Shown here in pieces: positions 63,654-64,000 of a stretch of 64,000 bases of DNA. The DNA comes from Isurus oxyrinchus (Eukaryota), in the NCBI GenBank assembly GCA_026770705.1, contig JANJGN010000013.1, positions 58,714,001 to 58,778,000 of the forward strand, read 5' to 3'. A model generated the notes under the pieces. That model saw only the letters and a program-made list of their open reading frames with translations, searched no databases and was not told where the DNA came from. A program made the position numbers and the translations under genes. Within the stretch, counting starts at the first letter, position 1. Each line of letters starts with the position of its first letter.

Positions 63654-63976
63654 TCACATACAGTTGGGTCTTGAGATGTATGCTCGGAACGGGTTTGCCT
63701 GAGTCTCGTGTTTAACCAGACAGGAGTAAATCTCATGTGAGTTCCAGTCTGAGGCTGACAGGGTCAGATAACTGGTCACATTGAACGTGTTGTCCGTCTT
63801 CTGCTGGATCCGACTGGTCTGAACCCCATTGCCTCTGACACTGCCATCCATAGTTCATTCAATCTCCACAGCTCCAGAGATAAAACCGCTCACCAAACAC
63901 ACCAGCGTCGCCTTGTTCTTCGCTGTGATTTGATCCGATGAAGGCGGAAGGACGGAGACCGATGGTTTCTGAGCAT
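63654..63976 (-). pseudogene. Ig lambda C exon C4 with a single nonsense codon
   Basis: [57 protein letters not shown]...HETQANPFRAYISRPNCM*. Full length (323 nt); the only lesion seen is TGA at 63855-63857. Its VJ, if any, lies beyond the window. Confidence 0.92.
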
Positions 63977-64000
63977 CTGTAAAAGAAAAAAAGTTTAGTA

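Larger units (their letters stand above)
53570..64000 (+). repeat. More diverged paralog of ~700-4830 (3' flank plus C exon)
   Basis: Colinear similarity, e.g. TATTTCCCCTGA...GCTAGCTAATAT (~750-830 vs ~53612-53685) and CAGGTGAGGCTGTCTTCCCTTA (1182 vs 55292). Interrupted by PLE and LTR insertions. Confidence 0.85.

Noticed and set aside
63855-63857. In-frame TGA as selenocysteine or programmed readthrough
   Set aside because: It replaces a structural Trp, no SECIS-like structure was recognised, and a paralog has TAG at the same codon.
1-64000. CRISPR arrays, rRNA or tRNA genes, prokaryotic systems
   Set aside because: This is eukaryotic sequence; the recurring ~130-bp repeats are dispersed pLTR fragments, not regularly spaced arrays, and no structural RNA genes were recognised.

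Overview
This is vertebrate genomic DNA, almost certainly from a cartilaginous fish (shark-type Ig sequences and repeats). It holds a tandem array of immunoglobulin light-chain mini-clusters of the elasmobranch lambda class (type II / NS3), all on the minus strand. There are four C exons (4510-4813, 24309-24630, 36997-37913, 63654-63976) and two leader + germline-joined VJ units (7040-7566, 40209-40733), with no RSS. Every C exon carries an inactivating lesion; only the first L-VJ is intact. Positions 1-~18600 are repeated at 32540-~49700, and diagnostic bases suggest an A-B-A-B two-cluster higher-order repeat. The rest is dense in mobile DNA: a young Penelope-like (RT + GIY-YIG) family with many short or hairpin insertions, nested Harbinger elements, Tx1 and CR1 LINE fragments, a Gypsy remnant and an ERV-like solo LTR. 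There is also an intronless internal fragment of USP32. I found no unambiguous new system. The best leads are: (1) a minimal hammerhead ribozyme with a fixed non-canonical core (CUGUCGA) in the young Penelope family; (2) an intact VJ that would splice to a frameshifted C and give a V-only chain with a basic, Cys-containing tail; and (3) the poly(A)-less USP32 cDNA fragment.
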